Source: Kiritimatiellia bacterium (GTDB lineage: Bacteria > Verrucomicrobiota > Kiritimatiellia > RFP12 > UBA1067). Taken from it: 64,000 nucleotides of DNA. Of the stretch, positions 29,134 to 40,434 are shown in pieces (the first letter of the stretch is position 1; each line of letters begins with the position of its first letter). The notes under the pieces were generated by a model. That model made no database searches, had not been told where the DNA came from, and saw only the letters and a list, made by a program, of their open reading frames with translations. Location: the NCBI GenBank assembly GCA_050949565.1, contig JBMNFY010000011.1:70334-134333 (forward strand), given 5' to 3'. The translations under genes were made by a program, and so were the position numbers.

Positions 29134-30768
29134 ATGGCGATCACAGATTTTTTGGAACGCAACGCACGGCTCTACCCCAATGAAATTAGTCTGGTAGAGG
29201 TCAACCCGGCAAACGAACCGGACCGCACGCTGACATGGCGTGAGTACGCCCTGATTGAGGCCTCCTCCGCCGAGAGATACCGGCGCGAGATGACGTGGCG
29301 TGAGTTCGACATCAAAGCCAACCGCTTCGCCAACCTGTTGCTGACGCGTGGTGTGCGGCGCGGCGACAAGGTCGCTATCCTGCTGATGAACTGCCTGGAG
29401 TGGCTGCCGATCTACTTCGGCATCCTGAAAACCGGTGCGCTGGCCGTGCCGATGAATTTCCGCTACACGTCCGAGGAGATCAAATACTGCCTGGAACTGG
29501 CCGAGGTCAACACGCTGGTCTTCGGGCCGGAGTTCATCGGGCGCGTGGAACAGGTGTTCGACCACCTGCACGGGGTGAAATCGTTTTTCTATGTGGGGCC
29601 AAGTGTGCCGACCTTCGCGGACAGTTACGACACGCTCGTGAACTACTGCTCGTCGACCGCGCCGGCGGTGGAACTGTGTGACGGGGATGATGCCGCGATC
29701 TACTTTTCGTCCGGCACGACAGGCTTCCCCAAGGCAATCCTGCACACGCATTCGGCGCTGATTTCCGCCTGCCAGACGGAGCAGAACCACCACGGGCAGA
29801 CACGCGAGGATGTTTTTCTGTGCATCCCCCCACTCTACCACACCGGCGCTAAGATGCACTGGTTCGGCAGTTTACTTACAGGTGGCCGTGCCGTGCTGTT
29901 GCGAGGGGTCAAGCCGGAGTGGATCATGCGGGTGGTCTCGGAAGAAAAGGTGACGATTGTCTGGCTGCTGGTACCGTGGGCGCAGGACATATTGGACGCG
30001 ATCGATCGAGGCGAGTTACAACTCTCGGGCTACCGTCTTGCCCAGTGGCGTCTGATGCACATCGGCGCCCAGCCGGTGCCGCCCAGCCTGATCCGGCGTT
30101 GGAAAGCGGTCTTCCCAGATCACCGCTACGACACCAACTATGGGCTCAGCGAATCGATCGGCCCGGGCTGCGTACACCTCGGCGTCGAGAACATCCACAA
30201 GGTGGGGGCGATCGGCAAGGCCGGCCATCTCTGGCAGACCGAGATCGTGGACGAGTCCGGCGCTCCGGTCGAGCCTGGGACGGTCGGCGAGTTGATCGTC
30301 AAAGGCCCGGGCGTGATGAAGTGCTACTACAACAACCCCGAGGCCACAGCCGCCATTCTCAAAGGGGATTGGCTCTACACGGGCGACATGGCGCGCGCGG
30401 ACGAAGAGGGCTTCATTTATCTTGTGGACCGCAAAAAGGATGTGATCATCAGCGGTGGCGAAAACATCTACCCCGTGCAAATCGAGGACTTCCTGCGGAC
30501 GCATCCGGCGATCAAGGATGTCGCGGTCATCGGATTGCCGGACGACCGGCTGGGAGAAATCGCGGCGGCGATCATTCAGGTCAAGCAAGAGGCCGAACTG
30601 AGCGAGGCAGAGGTCACGGAGTTCTGCCTGGACCTGCCGCGTTACAAGCGGCCGCGCCGGGTGATTTTCGCCGATGTGCCCCGCAACCCCACGGGCAAAA
30701 TCGAGAAGCCGAAGTTGCGTGAGATCTATTACGGCAAACGATTGGTAGAAGCGCAAACCACGAAGTGA
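29134..30768 (+). CDS. Class I adenylate-forming enzyme (acyl-CoA ligase)
   Basis: FSSGTTGFPK, YGLSE, TGD, DRKKD, GKIEK; start after GGAGAGG RBS; TTGACA at 29075-29080. Confidence 0.9.
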   Translation: MAITDFLERNARLYPNEISLVEVNPANEPDRTLTWREYALIEASSAERYRREMTWREFDIKANRFANLLLTRGVRRGDKVAILLMNCLEWLPIYFGILKTGALAVPMNFRYTSEEIKYCLELAEVNTLVFGPEFIGRVEQVFDHLHGVKSFFYVGPSVPTFADSYDTLVNYCSSTAPAVELCDGDDAAIYFSSGTTGFPKAILHTHSALISACQTEQNHHGQTREDVFLCIPPLYHTGAKMHWFGSLLTGGRAVLLRGVKPEWIMRVVSEEKVTIVWLLVPWAQDILDAIDRGELQLSGYRLAQWRLMHIGAQPVPPSLIRRWKAVFPDHRYDTNYGLSESIGPGCVHLGVENIHKVGAIGKAGHLWQTEIVDESGAPVEPGTVGELIVKGPGVMKCYYNNPEATAAILKGDWLYTGDMARADEEGFIYLVDRKKDVIISGGENIYPVQIEDFLRTHPAIKDVAVIGLPDDRLGEIAAAIIQVKQEAELSEAEVTEFCLDLPRYKRPRRVIFADVPRNPTGKIEKPKLREIYYGKRLVEAQTTK

Positions 30769-30770
30769 AT

Positions 30771-31652
30771 ATGAAAGGAACACGGTACATGAAGATGAAT
30801 CAAGTGCTGAGCATGCTTGCTGTCTGCGGGTTGGTCTGCGGCGCTGAGGCGCAAGTGCGGCGCTCCTCGCGTAATCTGCAACCGCTGACACGCCGTCCCG
30901 AAACGACCGCGGAGCGCACGCTGAGCGGCAACAGCAAGGCAGGAGTGTCGACCATTCCCCAAAAACCGGAGCAGCCCGTCGCAACGATTACGCGCGTCAC
31001 TTTTCTGGGGCCGAAATCCGGATGGGGCATCGTGAAGGCAAGAAGCCCCTACTACGCGCCTGACGGTAAGCGGCTGGGCACACTGTCCGGCGGCACGGTT
31101 TTCACGTACAACGACGTAAAATCCTCCTCCCGTAACGATATGCTGGTCTGCACGGTGCAGCGCGAGATGGAAAAAGACGGCCCCTACCTGATCGACTGCA
31201 CGGATATCGCAGGGTTTGAGGGCGACCCCGCGACGCTCGACCCCGAGATGGTCCAGAATCTTTCACGTTATTTCACGGTGAACGGACGTCTCGAAGAGCG
31301 CCGAGCCATGCTGGAGCGCGATGCAAAAGCCAAAAACCCGCACGCTGAGTTGGTGCAACAGACCTCTCAGGAGTATCAGGCGAGCATTAAAAAAGCCACC
31401 GAGATGGAGCGCGAGGCGAACAGCCTGACCGGCTCACGCAGATCCAAGGCCCTGGATGCCCTGCGCTCCCTCAAATATGAGCAGGCGGCGATCAAGACAC
31501 GGGCGGATAAAGCAGCCGCCGCCTCCAAAGAGTGGGAGGCGAAAAATAAGCTTGATCCTGCCGTGATCGATGCCGACCCCGAGATCCGCGCCCTGCGGGC
31601 CGAACTCGAAGAGGCACGCAAACCGGTGGCGAACCTGATCCCCGCCCAGTAG
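30771..31652 (+). CDS. Secreted hypothetical protein with coiled-coil C-terminus
   Basis: Signal peptide VLSMLAVCGLVCGAEA; start uncertain (30765-30796). Confidence 0.7.
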   Translation: MKGTRYMKMNQVLSMLAVCGLVCGAEAQVRRSSRNLQPLTRRPETTAERTLSGNSKAGVSTIPQKPEQPVATITRVTFLGPKSGWGIVKARSPYYAPDGKRLGTLSGGTVFTYNDVKSSSRNDMLVCTVQREMEKDGPYLIDCTDIAGFEGDPATLDPEMVQNLSRYFTVNGRLEERRAMLERDAKAKNPHAELVQQTSQEYQASIKKATEMEREANSLTGSRRSKALDALRSLKYEQAAIKTRADKAAAASKEWEAKNKLDPAVIDADPEIRALRAELEEARKPVANLIPAQ

Positions 31653-31654
31653 AA

Positions 31655-31988
31655 TTTAGGAGTTAGGAGTTAGGAGTTAGGATTTTTCCACTTGAGCGTT
31701 GAGCGTTTTCTACTTCGGTGTTCTGCGTTCTGCGTTCGACGTTCACAAAGCAGACGGCGTGACCGCCGCCGGACGAGCGACACTTCATCCAAACACTTCG
31801 TCGCCTACTCTTCGTCGCTTACTCTTAGTCGCGACACTTCGTCGCCGAGTGCAATCGACTAAGTTTGGGGACTGAGTGTTTTTTTCGACTAAGTGTTTGG
31901 ACTAAGCGTAGCCGACTAAGTGTGCTTCCGCCCGTTGCGCAGAGGGGAAAACTCCTAAATCCTAAATCCCAAATCCTAAATCCGCGCG
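31655..31988. repeat. Composite ~335-bp element bounded by inverted TTAGGA(G/T)/CTCCTAA heptamer arrays with an internal 5+5 GACTAAG inverted array
   Basis: Read directly; same module order at 49277-50530. Confidence 0.9.
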
Positions 31989-32013
31989 CCGTGTCGGCTC
32001 GCAGGAACGCTCT

Positions 32014-33294
32014 CTATTCCTTGTCAACGTGAAACACGCGCCGCGCTTTGCCTTCGCCGCGAGGCAGCGTACCCGGCTTGAAGATGTCGCCCTTGGGGCT
32101 GAAGCCGAGCCGCTCCTTCAACTTCTTTTCGACCATGTAGCCGGTCACGCCCTCTTCCGCTTCGACGTTGATGCGTATGTCGGTCACGCCGTGATCGTTC
32201 TCCAGAATGATCTGGTATTCCGGCAGCACGCCGGGGATCTCCATCAGCGCCTGCTCCACCTGTTTCGGGAAGAAGTTCACGCCTTTGACGATCAGCATAT
32301 CGTCGCAACGCCCCTCAATACGATCAATGCGCAGGCTGGTGCGGCCGCAGGCGCAACGCTCGCGGCTCACGACGCGGGTCAGGTCACGTGTGCGGTAACG
32401 GATCACAGGGATCGCCTCACGCGTTAGCGACGTGAAGACCACCTCGCCCACCGCGCCATCCGGTAGCGGCGCACCGGTCTCGGGGTCCACGATCTCGGTG
32501 ATGTATTGATCCTCCCACACGTGAATGCCGCAACGCGCCTCGCAATCCATGCCTGTCGTACCCACGCCACCGGTCTCGGTCATGCCGTAGATATCGAACG
32601 CTTTAATGCCGAGGCGCGTCTCGACCCGTTTGCGCATCTCGTCAGAGAACGTTTCCGCGCCGAAGATGCCGATTTCGAGGTCGGGCAAGTCCAAGCCTTT
32701 TTCATCAAGCATCTCGATGATCCGCGTTGCATACGAGACCACCGAACCGATACCCCTGACTTTGAAGTCGCGCATCAGCTTGATCTGCCGCGCGGTATTG
32801 CCCGAGCTGGTCGGTATGGTGAAAAGTCCCGCGCGGCGCGCACCGTGGTAGAAGCCGAAGCCGCCGTTGAAGAGCCCGAAGGTCGGCGTGACCTGAATCG
32901 CGTCACCCGGCTGCAAGCCGGCCATGATCTGGCAGCGCGCCATGCACTCCGCCCACTGCGCCAGATCCGCCTCGGTGTAGGCCATCACAATCGCCGCGCC
33001 GGTCGAGCCGGAACTCATGTGCATTTCACGGATTGAACTGCGCGGCATGCAGAGCATGTTGAGCGGATACTGATCGCGGAAATCATCCTTGGTCAGGAAC
33101 GGCAAATCCCGGATATTGTCCAGATCGCGGATATCCCCAGGCTCGATGTTGGCCTCGGACAGCCTGCGGTGGTAGAACTCGCTATTCGCCCAAGCGTGTT
33201 TGACCGTCCACTGCAATCCCTTCAACTGCATCGCCGCCAACTCATCGCGGCTCAGGGTCTCCATCCGCTCATTCCAATACTGGAGTTTTTTCAT
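32014..33294 (-). CDS. paaK: Phenylacetate--CoA ligase family protein
   Basis: HMSSGSTG, DIYGMTE, IRYRTRD, GRCDDMLIVKGVN. Confidence 0.85.
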   Translation of the reverse strand: MKKLQYWNERMETLSRDELAAMQLKGLQWTVKHAWANSEFYHRRLSEANIEPGDIRDLDNIRDLPFLTKDDFRDQYPLNMLCMPRSSIREMHMSSGSTGAAIVMAYTEADLAQWAECMARCQIMAGLQPGDAIQVTPTFGLFNGGFGFYHGARRAGLFTIPTSSGNTARQIKLMRDFKVRGIGSVVSYATRIIEMLDEKGLDLPDLEIGIFGAETFSDEMRKRVETRLGIKAFDIYGMTETGGVGTTGMDCEARCGIHVWEDQYITEIVDPETGAPLPDGAVGEVVFTSLTREAIPVIRYRTRDLTRVVSRERCACGRTSLRIDRIEGRCDDMLIVKGVNFFPKQVEQALMEIPGVLPEYQIILENDHGVTDIRINVEAEEGVTGYMVEKKLKERLGFSPKGDIFKPGTLPRGEGKARRVFHVDKE

Positions 33295-33391
33295 ACTCAA
33301 TCCTTGAATCCCGAAGGTCGCACCGACCTCCTCTTGTTGCTTTAAATAGAAACTAATTTAGCGTTTTGACCGACCGTCGGCAAGCGAAAGT

Positions 33392-33593
33392 GAGTTGGAG
33401 TTTAGGATTTAGGAGTTGGAATTTGGGATTGATGCACAGCGCGGCTACGGCTCGTGGGGACACTCGCCCTCCAACCTTCGCGTCTTCGCTTGAAACAACA
33501 GAGCAGGGCTTTTACACTCATCATTGCGACCACTGAGTGGTCGCAATAACGCCCCCCCAAAAAACCTCTGCGTCTCTGCGCCTCTGCGTTAAA
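33392..33593. repeat. Repeat mosaic: TTAGGA heptamers, REP-like hairpin, CTTCGCG, GACCAC hairpin, CTCTGCG x3
   Basis: Modules shared with 19168-19286, 14144-14192 and 40035-40118. Confidence 0.9.
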
Positions 33594-36417
33594 AAAATCG
33601 CGCCAAAAAGCGTCCGGTGTAGGAGTCGGGGCAGGCGGCGACCTCTTCGGGTGTGCCGGCGGCAACCAGCCGCCCGCCTTCGTCGCCGCCGCCGGGGCCG
33701 AGGTCGATGATGAAATCGGCGCACTTGATGATGTCGAGGTTGTGCTCGATCACTACGACCGTGTTGCCGGACTCGCGCAGACGCAGTAGCAGGTCGAGCA
33801 GCTTGTGTACGTCCGCGAAGTGCAGACCGGTGGTCGGTTCGTCCAGCAGGTAGAGCGTCTTGCCGGTCGCGCGTTTGGAAAGCTCGGCCGAGAGCTTGAT
33901 GCGCTGCGCTTCGCCGCCTGATAGCGTGGTCGATGGCTGGCCGAGACGCACGTAGCCGAGTCCGACCTCCGAGAGCGTGCGCAGCTTGTTGGCGATCTTG
34001 GGCAGCGGCGCGAAAAAATCCAGAGCGTCATCCACCGTCATGTCGAGCACCTCGGCGATCGTCTTGCCGCCGTACCGCACGCTCAGGGTCTCTTTGTTGT
34101 AGCGCAGACCGTTACACTGCTCGCACGGCACATAAATGTCCGGCAGGAAGTGCATTTCCAGACGGCGCACGCCGTCGCCTTTGCACACTTCGCAGCGTCC
34201 GCCCTTGACGTTGAAGCTGAAACGCCCCGACCCGTAACCACGCACTTTGGCGGCGGGCGTGGCGGCGAACAGTTCGCGGATCGGCGTGAAGGCACCGGTG
34301 TAGGTGACGGGATTGCTGCGCGGTGTGCGTCCGATCGGGCTCTGGTCGATTTCGATGACCTTGTCAAGCAACTCGATGCCAGTGATCTTCTTGAAAGCGC
34401 CGGGCCGTTCTTTGGAATCGTAGAAGTGGCGGAAGAGATGCCGCTTGAGGATGTCGCTCACCAACGTGGACTTGCCTGAACCGGAGACGCCGGTCACGCA
34501 GACCAGACAGCCGAGCGGGATTTCGACATCGATGTTCTTGAGGTTGTTTTCGGAAGCGCCCGTGATTTTGAGACGCGCCTTGCCCGGCTTGACGCGCGTT
34601 GCGGGCACCTCGATGCGCGTCCGTCCGGAGAGATAGGCTGCGGTCTGCGAACGCTCGCATGCCAGCAGTCCCGCCAGTTCGCCTTGATACACCACCTCGC
34701 CGCCCTCGCGCCCGGCACCGGGCCCCATGTCCACGATGTAGTCCGCCGAGCGGATCATCTCTTCGTCATGCTCGACGATCAACACGGTGTTGCCGCGCTG
34801 CTGGAGTTGGCGCAGCATGGCGATCAACCGTTCGTTGTCGCGCGGGTGCAGGCCGATGGTCGGCTCGTCCAGCACATAGAGCACGCCAACCAGACCGGAG
34901 CCGATCTGCGTCGCCAGCCGGATGCGCTGCATCTCGCCGCCCGAAAGGGTCGAGCTTTCGCGGTCGAGCGTGAGGTAATCAAGTCCTACATCGTTCAGGA
35001 ACTGCAAGCGTCGGCGGATCTCCTTCAGCACCTCGCCCACGGCCGCCGCATCGGTGGGGGTGAGCGCAAGCGTTTCGAAAAAGGCCAGGCTCTGCTTGAC
35101 CGTCATGGCCATGACTTCCACGATCGAACGATCCGCCACGGTGCAGGCGCGCGCCTCTGCTCGCAATCGTACGCCATGGCATTCAGGACAGATCTGGCGG
35201 CTCATGTAGCGCCGCAACTTCTCGCGCACCTCGTCGAATTCCGACTCGCTGTAGCGCCGCGCCAGACTCGGCAGCACGCCTTCAAAAGGCTTCTCGGTTT
35301 TACGCCACGCGCCGCGCATCCAAAAGCGCAGCGTGACCGGCTCATCGCCCGAGCCGTGCAACAGCACCTGACGGAACGACTCCGGCAGCTCGTTGTAGGG
35401 CGTGTCCATGTCGATCTCGTAGGCCGCGGCCACCGCCTTGAGCAGATGCTTGTAGTACACCACCATGCGGAAGCCACCGTGCCGCCAGGCATGGATCGCG
35501 CCATCGGCCAGCGACAGCGTCTTGTCGGGCACCACGAGGTCCTCGTCAAAGATCAACTGCGCACCGAGGCCCGCGCAGGTCGGACAGGCACCGAACGGGT
35601 TGTTGAAGGAAAACGAGCGCGGTTTCAGTTCCTCAAAGCTGATCGCACAATCTGGACAGGCATTCTTTTCGGAAAAGAGTTCTTCGCGCGCGTCGCCTTC
35701 TGGGGGCATGCTTTGCACAAGGATCAGGCCCTCGCTCTGCTTGAGCGCCAGTTCGACCGAATCGGTCAGGCGCCGCCGTACGTCCTCCCCGGCGACCAGC
35801 CGATCCACCACGGCCTCGATGGTGTGCTTTTTGTTTTTGTCGAGGCGCGGGACATCTTCGAGCGCCAGCATCTCGCCGTTGACGCGCACGCGTACAAACC
35901 CTTGGCGGCGGATCGACTCAAACACCTCTTCGTGGCGTCCCTTGCGACCGCGCACCAGCGGCGCGAGCACCACCAGCCGTGTGCCGACGGGTTGCGCCAA
36001 CAGATGATCGACGATCTGCTCCGCGCTCTGCCGCTGTACCGGCTTGCCGCAACGCGGGCAATGCGCATGGCCGATGCTACCGTAGAGCAGGCGCAGGTAG
36101 TCGTGGATTTCGGTCACAGTCGCCACGATCGAGCGCGGATTCCCGCCCGATGTACGCTGCTCGATCGAGATCGCGGGCGAAAGCGCTTCAATGTGGTCGA
36201 CCTCCGGCTTCTGCATCTGGTCGAGAAACTGCCGCGCGTAGGCGGAGAGGCTCTCGACATAGCGCCGCTGGCCTTCGGCGTACAGGGTATCGAAGGCGAG
36301 CGACGACTTGCCGGAACCGCTGAGGCCGGTCACCACGGTCAATGAATGGCGCGGGATGCGCACGTCAACGTTCTTCAGATTGTGCTGACGTGCGCCGGTA
36401 ATGATGATGTCTGACAT
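33589..36417 (-). CDS. uvrA: Excinuclease ABC subunit A
   Basis: GARQHNLKN, two Walker A motifs, LSGGE signatures, Zn fingers. Confidence 0.97.
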   Translation of the reverse strand: MSDIIITGARQHNLKNVDVRIPRHSLTVVTGLSGSGKSSLAFDTLYAEGQRRYVESLSAYARQFLDQMQKPEVDHIEALSPAISIEQRTSGGNPRSIVATVTEIHDYLRLLYGSIGHAHCPRCGKPVQRQSAEQIVDHLLAQPVGTRLVVLAPLVRGRKGRHEEVFESIRRQGFVRVRVNGEMLALEDVPRLDKNKKHTIEAVVDRLVAGEDVRRRLTDSVELALKQSEGLILVQSMPPEGDAREELFSEKNACPDCAISFEELKPRSFSFNNPFGACPTCAGLGAQLIFDEDLVVPDKTLSLADGAIHAWRHGGFRMVVYYKHLLKAVAAAYEIDMDTPYNELPESFRQVLLHGSGDEPVTLRFWMRGAWRKTEKPFEGVLPSLARRYSESEFDEVREKLRRYMSRQICPECHGVRLRAEARACTVADRSIVEVMAMTVKQSLAFFETLALTPTDAAAVGEVLKEIRRRLQFLNDVGLDYLTLDRESSTLSGGEMQRIRLATQIGSGLVGVLYVLDEPTIGLHPRDNERLIAMLRQLQQRGNTVLIVEHDEEMIRSADYIVDMGPGAGREGGEVVYQGELAGLLACERSQTAAYLSGRTRIEVPATRVKPGKARLKITGASENNLKNIDVEIPLGCLVCVTGVSGSGKSTLVSDILKRHLFRHFYDSKERPGAFKKITGIELLDKVIEIDQSPIGRTPRSNPVTYTGAFTPIRELFAATPAAKVRGYGSGRFSFNVKGGRCEVCKGDGVRRLEMHFLPDIYVPCEQCNGLRYNKETLSVRYGGKTIAEVLDMTVDDALDFFAPLPKIANKLRTLSEVGLGYVRLGQPSTTLSGGEAQRIKLSAELSKRATGKTLYLLDEPTTGLHFADVHKLLDLLLRLRESGNTVVVIEHNLDIIKCADFIIDLGPGGGDEGGRLVAAGTPEEVAACPDSYTGRFLARFF

Positions 36418-36448
36418 AGCCTAACGCGGGCAGAGCCCGCAATCCAAG

Positions 36449-39055
36449 TTACTCGTCATCATCATCCGGATCGGCGATGCTGACCGATACCAACGTCGCA
36501 TCCTCAGCGAGGTTTACGAGGCGGACGCCCTTGGCGGCACGGCCGATGATCCGAACCTCATTGACCGGCGAGCGCACCATCATGCCGTTGGAGGCGATGG
36601 CGATGAAGGACTGGTCTTCGCGCACAGCGTGCGCGGCCACGACCCTGCCGTTGCGTTCGTCGACGCCCTTGATCGCGATGACGCCGCCGCCGCCGCGGTG
36701 TTGCGCCGAGAAGTCGCTGAACTCGGTACGCTTACCGTAACCGTTCTCGGTGGCGATCAGCAGCGTTTCCTGGTCGTTCACGATGTCGAAACTGCGCACA
36801 ACGTCGCCCGGTGCCAAGCGGATGCCGCGCACGCCCGCTGAGGCGCGTCCCATGCAACGCACGCTTGTCTCGCGTTCGGTGCCGTCCGCATCGGTGCGTT
36901 TGAACGAGACCGGGAAGCGGATGGCCTTGCCGTCGGCCGTGACCAGCAGGATATGGTCGTTCTCATTAACCAGCCGCACCTGAATCAGGCGGTCACTGGC
37001 GGTCTGCTCGTCCGACTCATCCTGCGTGTCAGCGTCGGTATCGACGGTGCCAGCGTCAGCCGCTTCATCGTCGGCATCGCCCGGCATATCCTTGAACTTG
37101 ATCGCGATGATGCCCTTGCGGTTGACGTTACGGAAATCGGCGAGCGCGGTGCGCTTGACGATCCCGTTTTCGGTGGCGAAGAAGACATCCTCGCCGGTAT
37201 CGAAAGAGCGGATGGGCAACAGAGCCACGACCGATTCGCCTTCGCGCAATTCGAGCAAGTTCACGATGGGCTTGCCGAACGAGGTACGGGGCGCTTCGGG
37301 AATCTCGTAGGCATCCTTCTTGAAGACGCGGCCCTGGCTGGTGAAGAGCAACAGCGTGTCGTGCGTCTCCGCCACGAAAACCGTGGTGATGAAATCCTCC
37401 TCCTTGATCGCCGCGCCGGTGATCCCCCTGCCGCCGCGCCGCTGTTCGCGGTACGTGGTGAGCGGAACGCGCTTGACATAACCGCGCTGGCTTAACGTGA
37501 TGACACACGGCTCATCGGCAATCAAGTCCTTGATGTCGACCTCACCCTCCATCGGCACGATGTCGGTGCGGCGCACATCGCCGCGCTTGCCGGAGAGAAC
37601 GTACTTGGCCTTGAGGTCGGCCAGATCGTCTTTGATCAGGCCATAGATTTTGTCGGGCGACGCCAGCAGATCCTTGAGGTACGCAATACGCTCGCAGAGC
37701 GCTTTGAACTCGGCTTCGACCTTTTCGCGCTCCAGCCCAGTAAGTTGGTAGAGGCGCATATCGAGGATGGCGTCAACCTGCTTGTCAGAAAACTCAAAGC
37801 GCGCCACCAAGCGGGTCTTGGCCTCGTCACGGTTCTTCGAGGCGCGGATGATGGCGACCACTTCGTCCAGATGATCCAGCGCGATAAGCAGCCCGTCCAA
37901 AATGTGCTTGCGCGCCTCAGCCTTGTCCAGCTCAAAGCGGGTGCGGCGCGTCAACACGTCAAAGCGGTGATCCACATGGCAGCGGATCATCTCCTTGAGC
38001 GTCATGACCTTGGGACGTCCCCGGTCGATCGCCAGCATGATCGCGCCGAAAGTGCTCTGGAGCTGGGTATGCTTGTAGAGGTTGTTGAGCACGACCTGTC
38101 CGATCGCGCCGCGCTTCAGCTCAATCACCACGCGGATGCCGTCACTCGCGCTCTCATCGCGGATGTCGGAGATGCCCTCGATGACCTTCTCATTCACCAA
38201 GTTAGCCATCCGCTCGATCATCGCCGCCTTGTTCACCATGTAGGGAATCTCGGTGATGATGATCGCCTCTTTGTTCTTGTACTCGACGATCTCGGCCTTG
38301 CCGCGCACCATGAGCGAACCACGCCCAAGCTTGTACATCGCCTCGATACCGCGCTCGCCGCAGATGATCCCGCCGGTCGGGAAGTCCGGTCCTTTGATGA
38401 ACTGCATCAGCTCGTCGATCGTGCAGTCCGGATTGTCCACATAATACGTGATACCGTCGACCAACTCACCCAGATTGTGCGGCGGGATGTTGGTGGCCAT
38501 GCCGACCGCGATACCCGAGGAACCGTTCATCAGCAGATTGGGCAGGCGCGACGGCAGGACCACCGGCTCCTGCTCCTTCTCATCGTAGTTCGGGCGGAAG
38601 TCGACCGTGTCCTTGTCGAGGTCGGCCAGCATCTCCTCGGCCAGCCGGTCCATGCGGCATTCGGTGTAACGCATGGCGGCAGCAGAGTCGCCGTCGATCG
38701 ATCCAAAGTTGCCCTGGCCATCCACCAGCGGGTAGCGCATGGAAAAGTCCTGCGCCAGACGAACGAGCGTATCATAAATGGCGCTGTCGCCGTGGGGATG
38801 GTATTTACCCATCGTATCACCGACCACGCGCGCGGACTTCTTGTAGGCCTTGTTGTATGCGAGCCCTAGCTCGTGCATCGTAAAAAGGACGCGTCGGTGA
38901 ACCGGCTTCAGGCCGTCGCGCGCATCCGGCAGCGCGCGCCCGACGATGACGCTCATCGAATAGTCGATATACGACGTGCGCATTTCATCTTCGATATTGA
39001 TCGGGCTGACGTTGGGTTCTTCGCCCGAAACAGGGACAATCTCTTCTTCGCTCAT
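36449..39055 (-). CDS. gyrA: DNA gyrase subunit A
   Basis: [16 protein letters not shown] and GyrA-box QRRGGRG. Confidence 0.96.
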   Translation of the reverse strand: MSEEEIVPVSGEEPNVSPINIEDEMRTSYIDYSMSVIVGRALPDARDGLKPVHRRVLFTMHELGLAYNKAYKKSARVVGDTMGKYHPHGDSAIYDTLVRLAQDFSMRYPLVDGQGNFGSIDGDSAAAMRYTECRMDRLAEEMLADLDKDTVDFRPNYDEKEQEPVVLPSRLPNLLMNGSSGIAVGMATNIPPHNLGELVDGITYYVDNPDCTIDELMQFIKGPDFPTGGIICGERGIEAMYKLGRGSLMVRGKAEIVEYKNKEAIIITEIPYMVNKAAMIERMANLVNEKVIEGISDIRDESASDGIRVVIELKRGAIGQVVLNNLYKHTQLQSTFGAIMLAIDRGRPKVMTLKEMIRCHVDHRFDVLTRRTRFELDKAEARKHILDGLLIALDHLDEVVAIIRASKNRDEAKTRLVARFEFSDKQVDAILDMRLYQLTGLEREKVEAEFKALCERIAYLKDLLASPDKIYGLIKDDLADLKAKYVLSGKRGDVRRTDIVPMEGEVDIKDLIADEPCVITLSQRGYVKRVPLTTYREQRRGGRGITGAAIKEEDFITTVFVAETHDTLLLFTSQGRVFKKDAYEIPEAPRTSFGKPIVNLLELREGESVVALLPIRSFDTGEDVFFATENGIVKRTALADFRNVNRKGIIAIKFKDMPGDADDEAADAGTVDTDADTQDESDEQTASDRLIQVRLVNENDHILLVTADGKAIRFPVSFKRTDADGTERETSVRCMGRASAGVRGIRLAPGDVVRSFDIVNDQETLLIATENGYGKRTEFSDFSAQHRGGGGVIAIKGVDERNGRVVAAHAVREDQSFIAIASNGMMVRSPVNEVRIIGRAAKGVRLVNLAEDATLVSVSIADPDDDDE

Positions 39056-39169
39056 GCTTTCTCCGCTAGTGACAAAAAACAAAAATAAGCATACCATTTC
39101 CCGCCGCAGAAAACCACTTTTTCTGGTGTCAGAGCCGCGATTTTTTAATGTAGAGGCAGGGAGAAGTTC

Positions 39170-39353
39170 GTTAGTGCATTAGTGCATTGGTTTGTTTGGG
39201 CAGAGCTCGGGTTTATTTTAATCACAACAAAGCGCCAGTGTGTTTTCTGGAACCGCCAAGGCCAAGAGAAGCCCCTGATTTTCATGAAGTTTCAGGTGTT
39301 TCATGGTTCCACGGGTTTCATCCAAATCGGGATCGGGATCGCTATTGGTATCG
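39170..39353. repeat. Repeat mosaic: TTAGTGCA, inverted CTTGGCG/CATGAAA pair, ATCGGG hexamers
   Basis: Matches 11629-11705 and the reverse complement of 7936-8020. Confidence 0.85.
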
Positions 39354-39372
39354 TCCTTAACTGAGGTAACGG

Positions 39373-39401
39373 TTGACACGTTCAACAGGCAGACGTAAAC
39401 T
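39373..39401 (+). promoter_or_regulatory. Sigma70 promoter for orphan gene
   Basis: TTGACA-17 bp-TAAACT. Confidence 0.65.
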
Positions 39402-39460
39402 TCCGACAAATCCAGAGACGACAATGTTTTTCATTCTCGATTCGGATGCGGAGGTTCGTC

Positions 39461-39973
39461 ATGAGCAAGACAGACACTCACACCAACAATCACCTGACCG
39501 CCGTTTCCGATGGCATGCCCCCGGCCTACGACACCGTCTCCGTGCCCTCTGCGCCTTCTGTGAGGAAACTCATCCGGGACACACCGCTTATTATCTTTGT
39601 CTTGTTATGCAGCGTATTTCAAATGTCATGCATTCAAGTTGACGGTAATTTTAACACCGGGGTTGCCGCCATTTCCAATCAGGTGGAGGATTCGGTTTCA
39701 TCAGGAATGTTGCTGACCTCAGCGTATACCGATTATTTTCAAGAATTCAATAGATGGCCTGACTCCCATGCCAAGCTTGTTGAATACTACAAGACCAAAG
39801 CGAAAACGGATGCATCGTTGATCGCGGTGTATAAACAGTTGGAAGAGTTCACGGAAGTAAAAGTTGTCAGCATTGAGGATCGGATTATAGAACTGGAGTT
39901 CAAGCGTCCGCCGATTTCGCCTGTAAATGGCAACCGTTCCGTGGCAACAGGCAAAGTAATCATTTTTTTGTGA
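39461..39973 (+). CDS. Orphan hypothetical membrane-anchored/lipoprotein-like protein, AT-richer than flanks
   Basis: GGAGGT RBS, consensus promoter, hydrophobic stretch LIIFVLLCSVFQMSC. Confidence 0.6.
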   Translation: MSKTDTHTNNHLTAVSDGMPPAYDTVSVPSAPSVRKLIRDTPLIIFVLLCSVFQMSCIQVDGNFNTGVAAISNQVEDSVSSGMLLTSAYTDYFQEFNRWPDSHAKLVEYYKTKAKTDASLIAVYKQLEEFTEVKVVSIEDRIIELEFKRPPISPVNGNRSVATGKVIIFL

Positions 39974-40169
39974 CCACTCAGTGGTCACAAAGACGAGGTT
40001 AAAACCTTGCAGCCGCGCAGCCGCACCCCGCCCGTTTTTACACTCACCATTGCGACCACTGGGTGGTCGCAATAACGCCCCCCAAAAAACCTCTGCGTCT
40101 CTGCGCCTCTGCGTTAAATTAACCCGAGCAATGCCCAAAAAATCTGCGTGGTCTGTGCCATCTGTGGAT
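39965..40169. repeat. Repeat mosaic: GACCAC-GTGGTC hairpin doublet, CTCTGCG x3, ATCTGTG x3
   Basis: Hairpins at 39967-39991 and 40049-40073; 40091-40118; 40142-40169. Confidence 0.9.
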
Positions 40170-40247
40170 GAGAAAACCCGGCAACCGCCCGGTTCTGTAT
40201 TGAGCATCGGCGTCATCCATGCTAAATTGCGCATCACACGACTTGAG

Positions 40248-40337
40248 GCCAGAGTGGTGGAATGGCAGACACAGTGGACTTAAAATCCACAGGCGGGTGA
40301 AATCGTCGTGGGGGTTCGAGTCCCCCCTCTGGCACCA
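40248..40337 (+). tRNA. tRNA-Leu(TAA)
   Basis: GCCAGAG/CTCTGGC acceptor stem, GTGGA-CTTAAAA-TCCAC anticodon arm, long variable arm, GGTTCGAGTCC, encoded CCA; TTGAGC-17-TAAATT upstream. Confidence 0.95.
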
Positions 40338-40434
40338 AAACAAAAAGGCCCAAGGCCGTCGAACTTGACCTTTAGCCGCGGACGTCCTTTTTACGAATTT
40401 GCAAGACGGCCTGTTTTCTGCAAGAATACGCGTC

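Noticed and set aside
40248-40337. tRNA-Leu as the attachment site of an integrated island
   Set aside because: No integrase and no duplicate of the tRNA 3' end noticed in the window.
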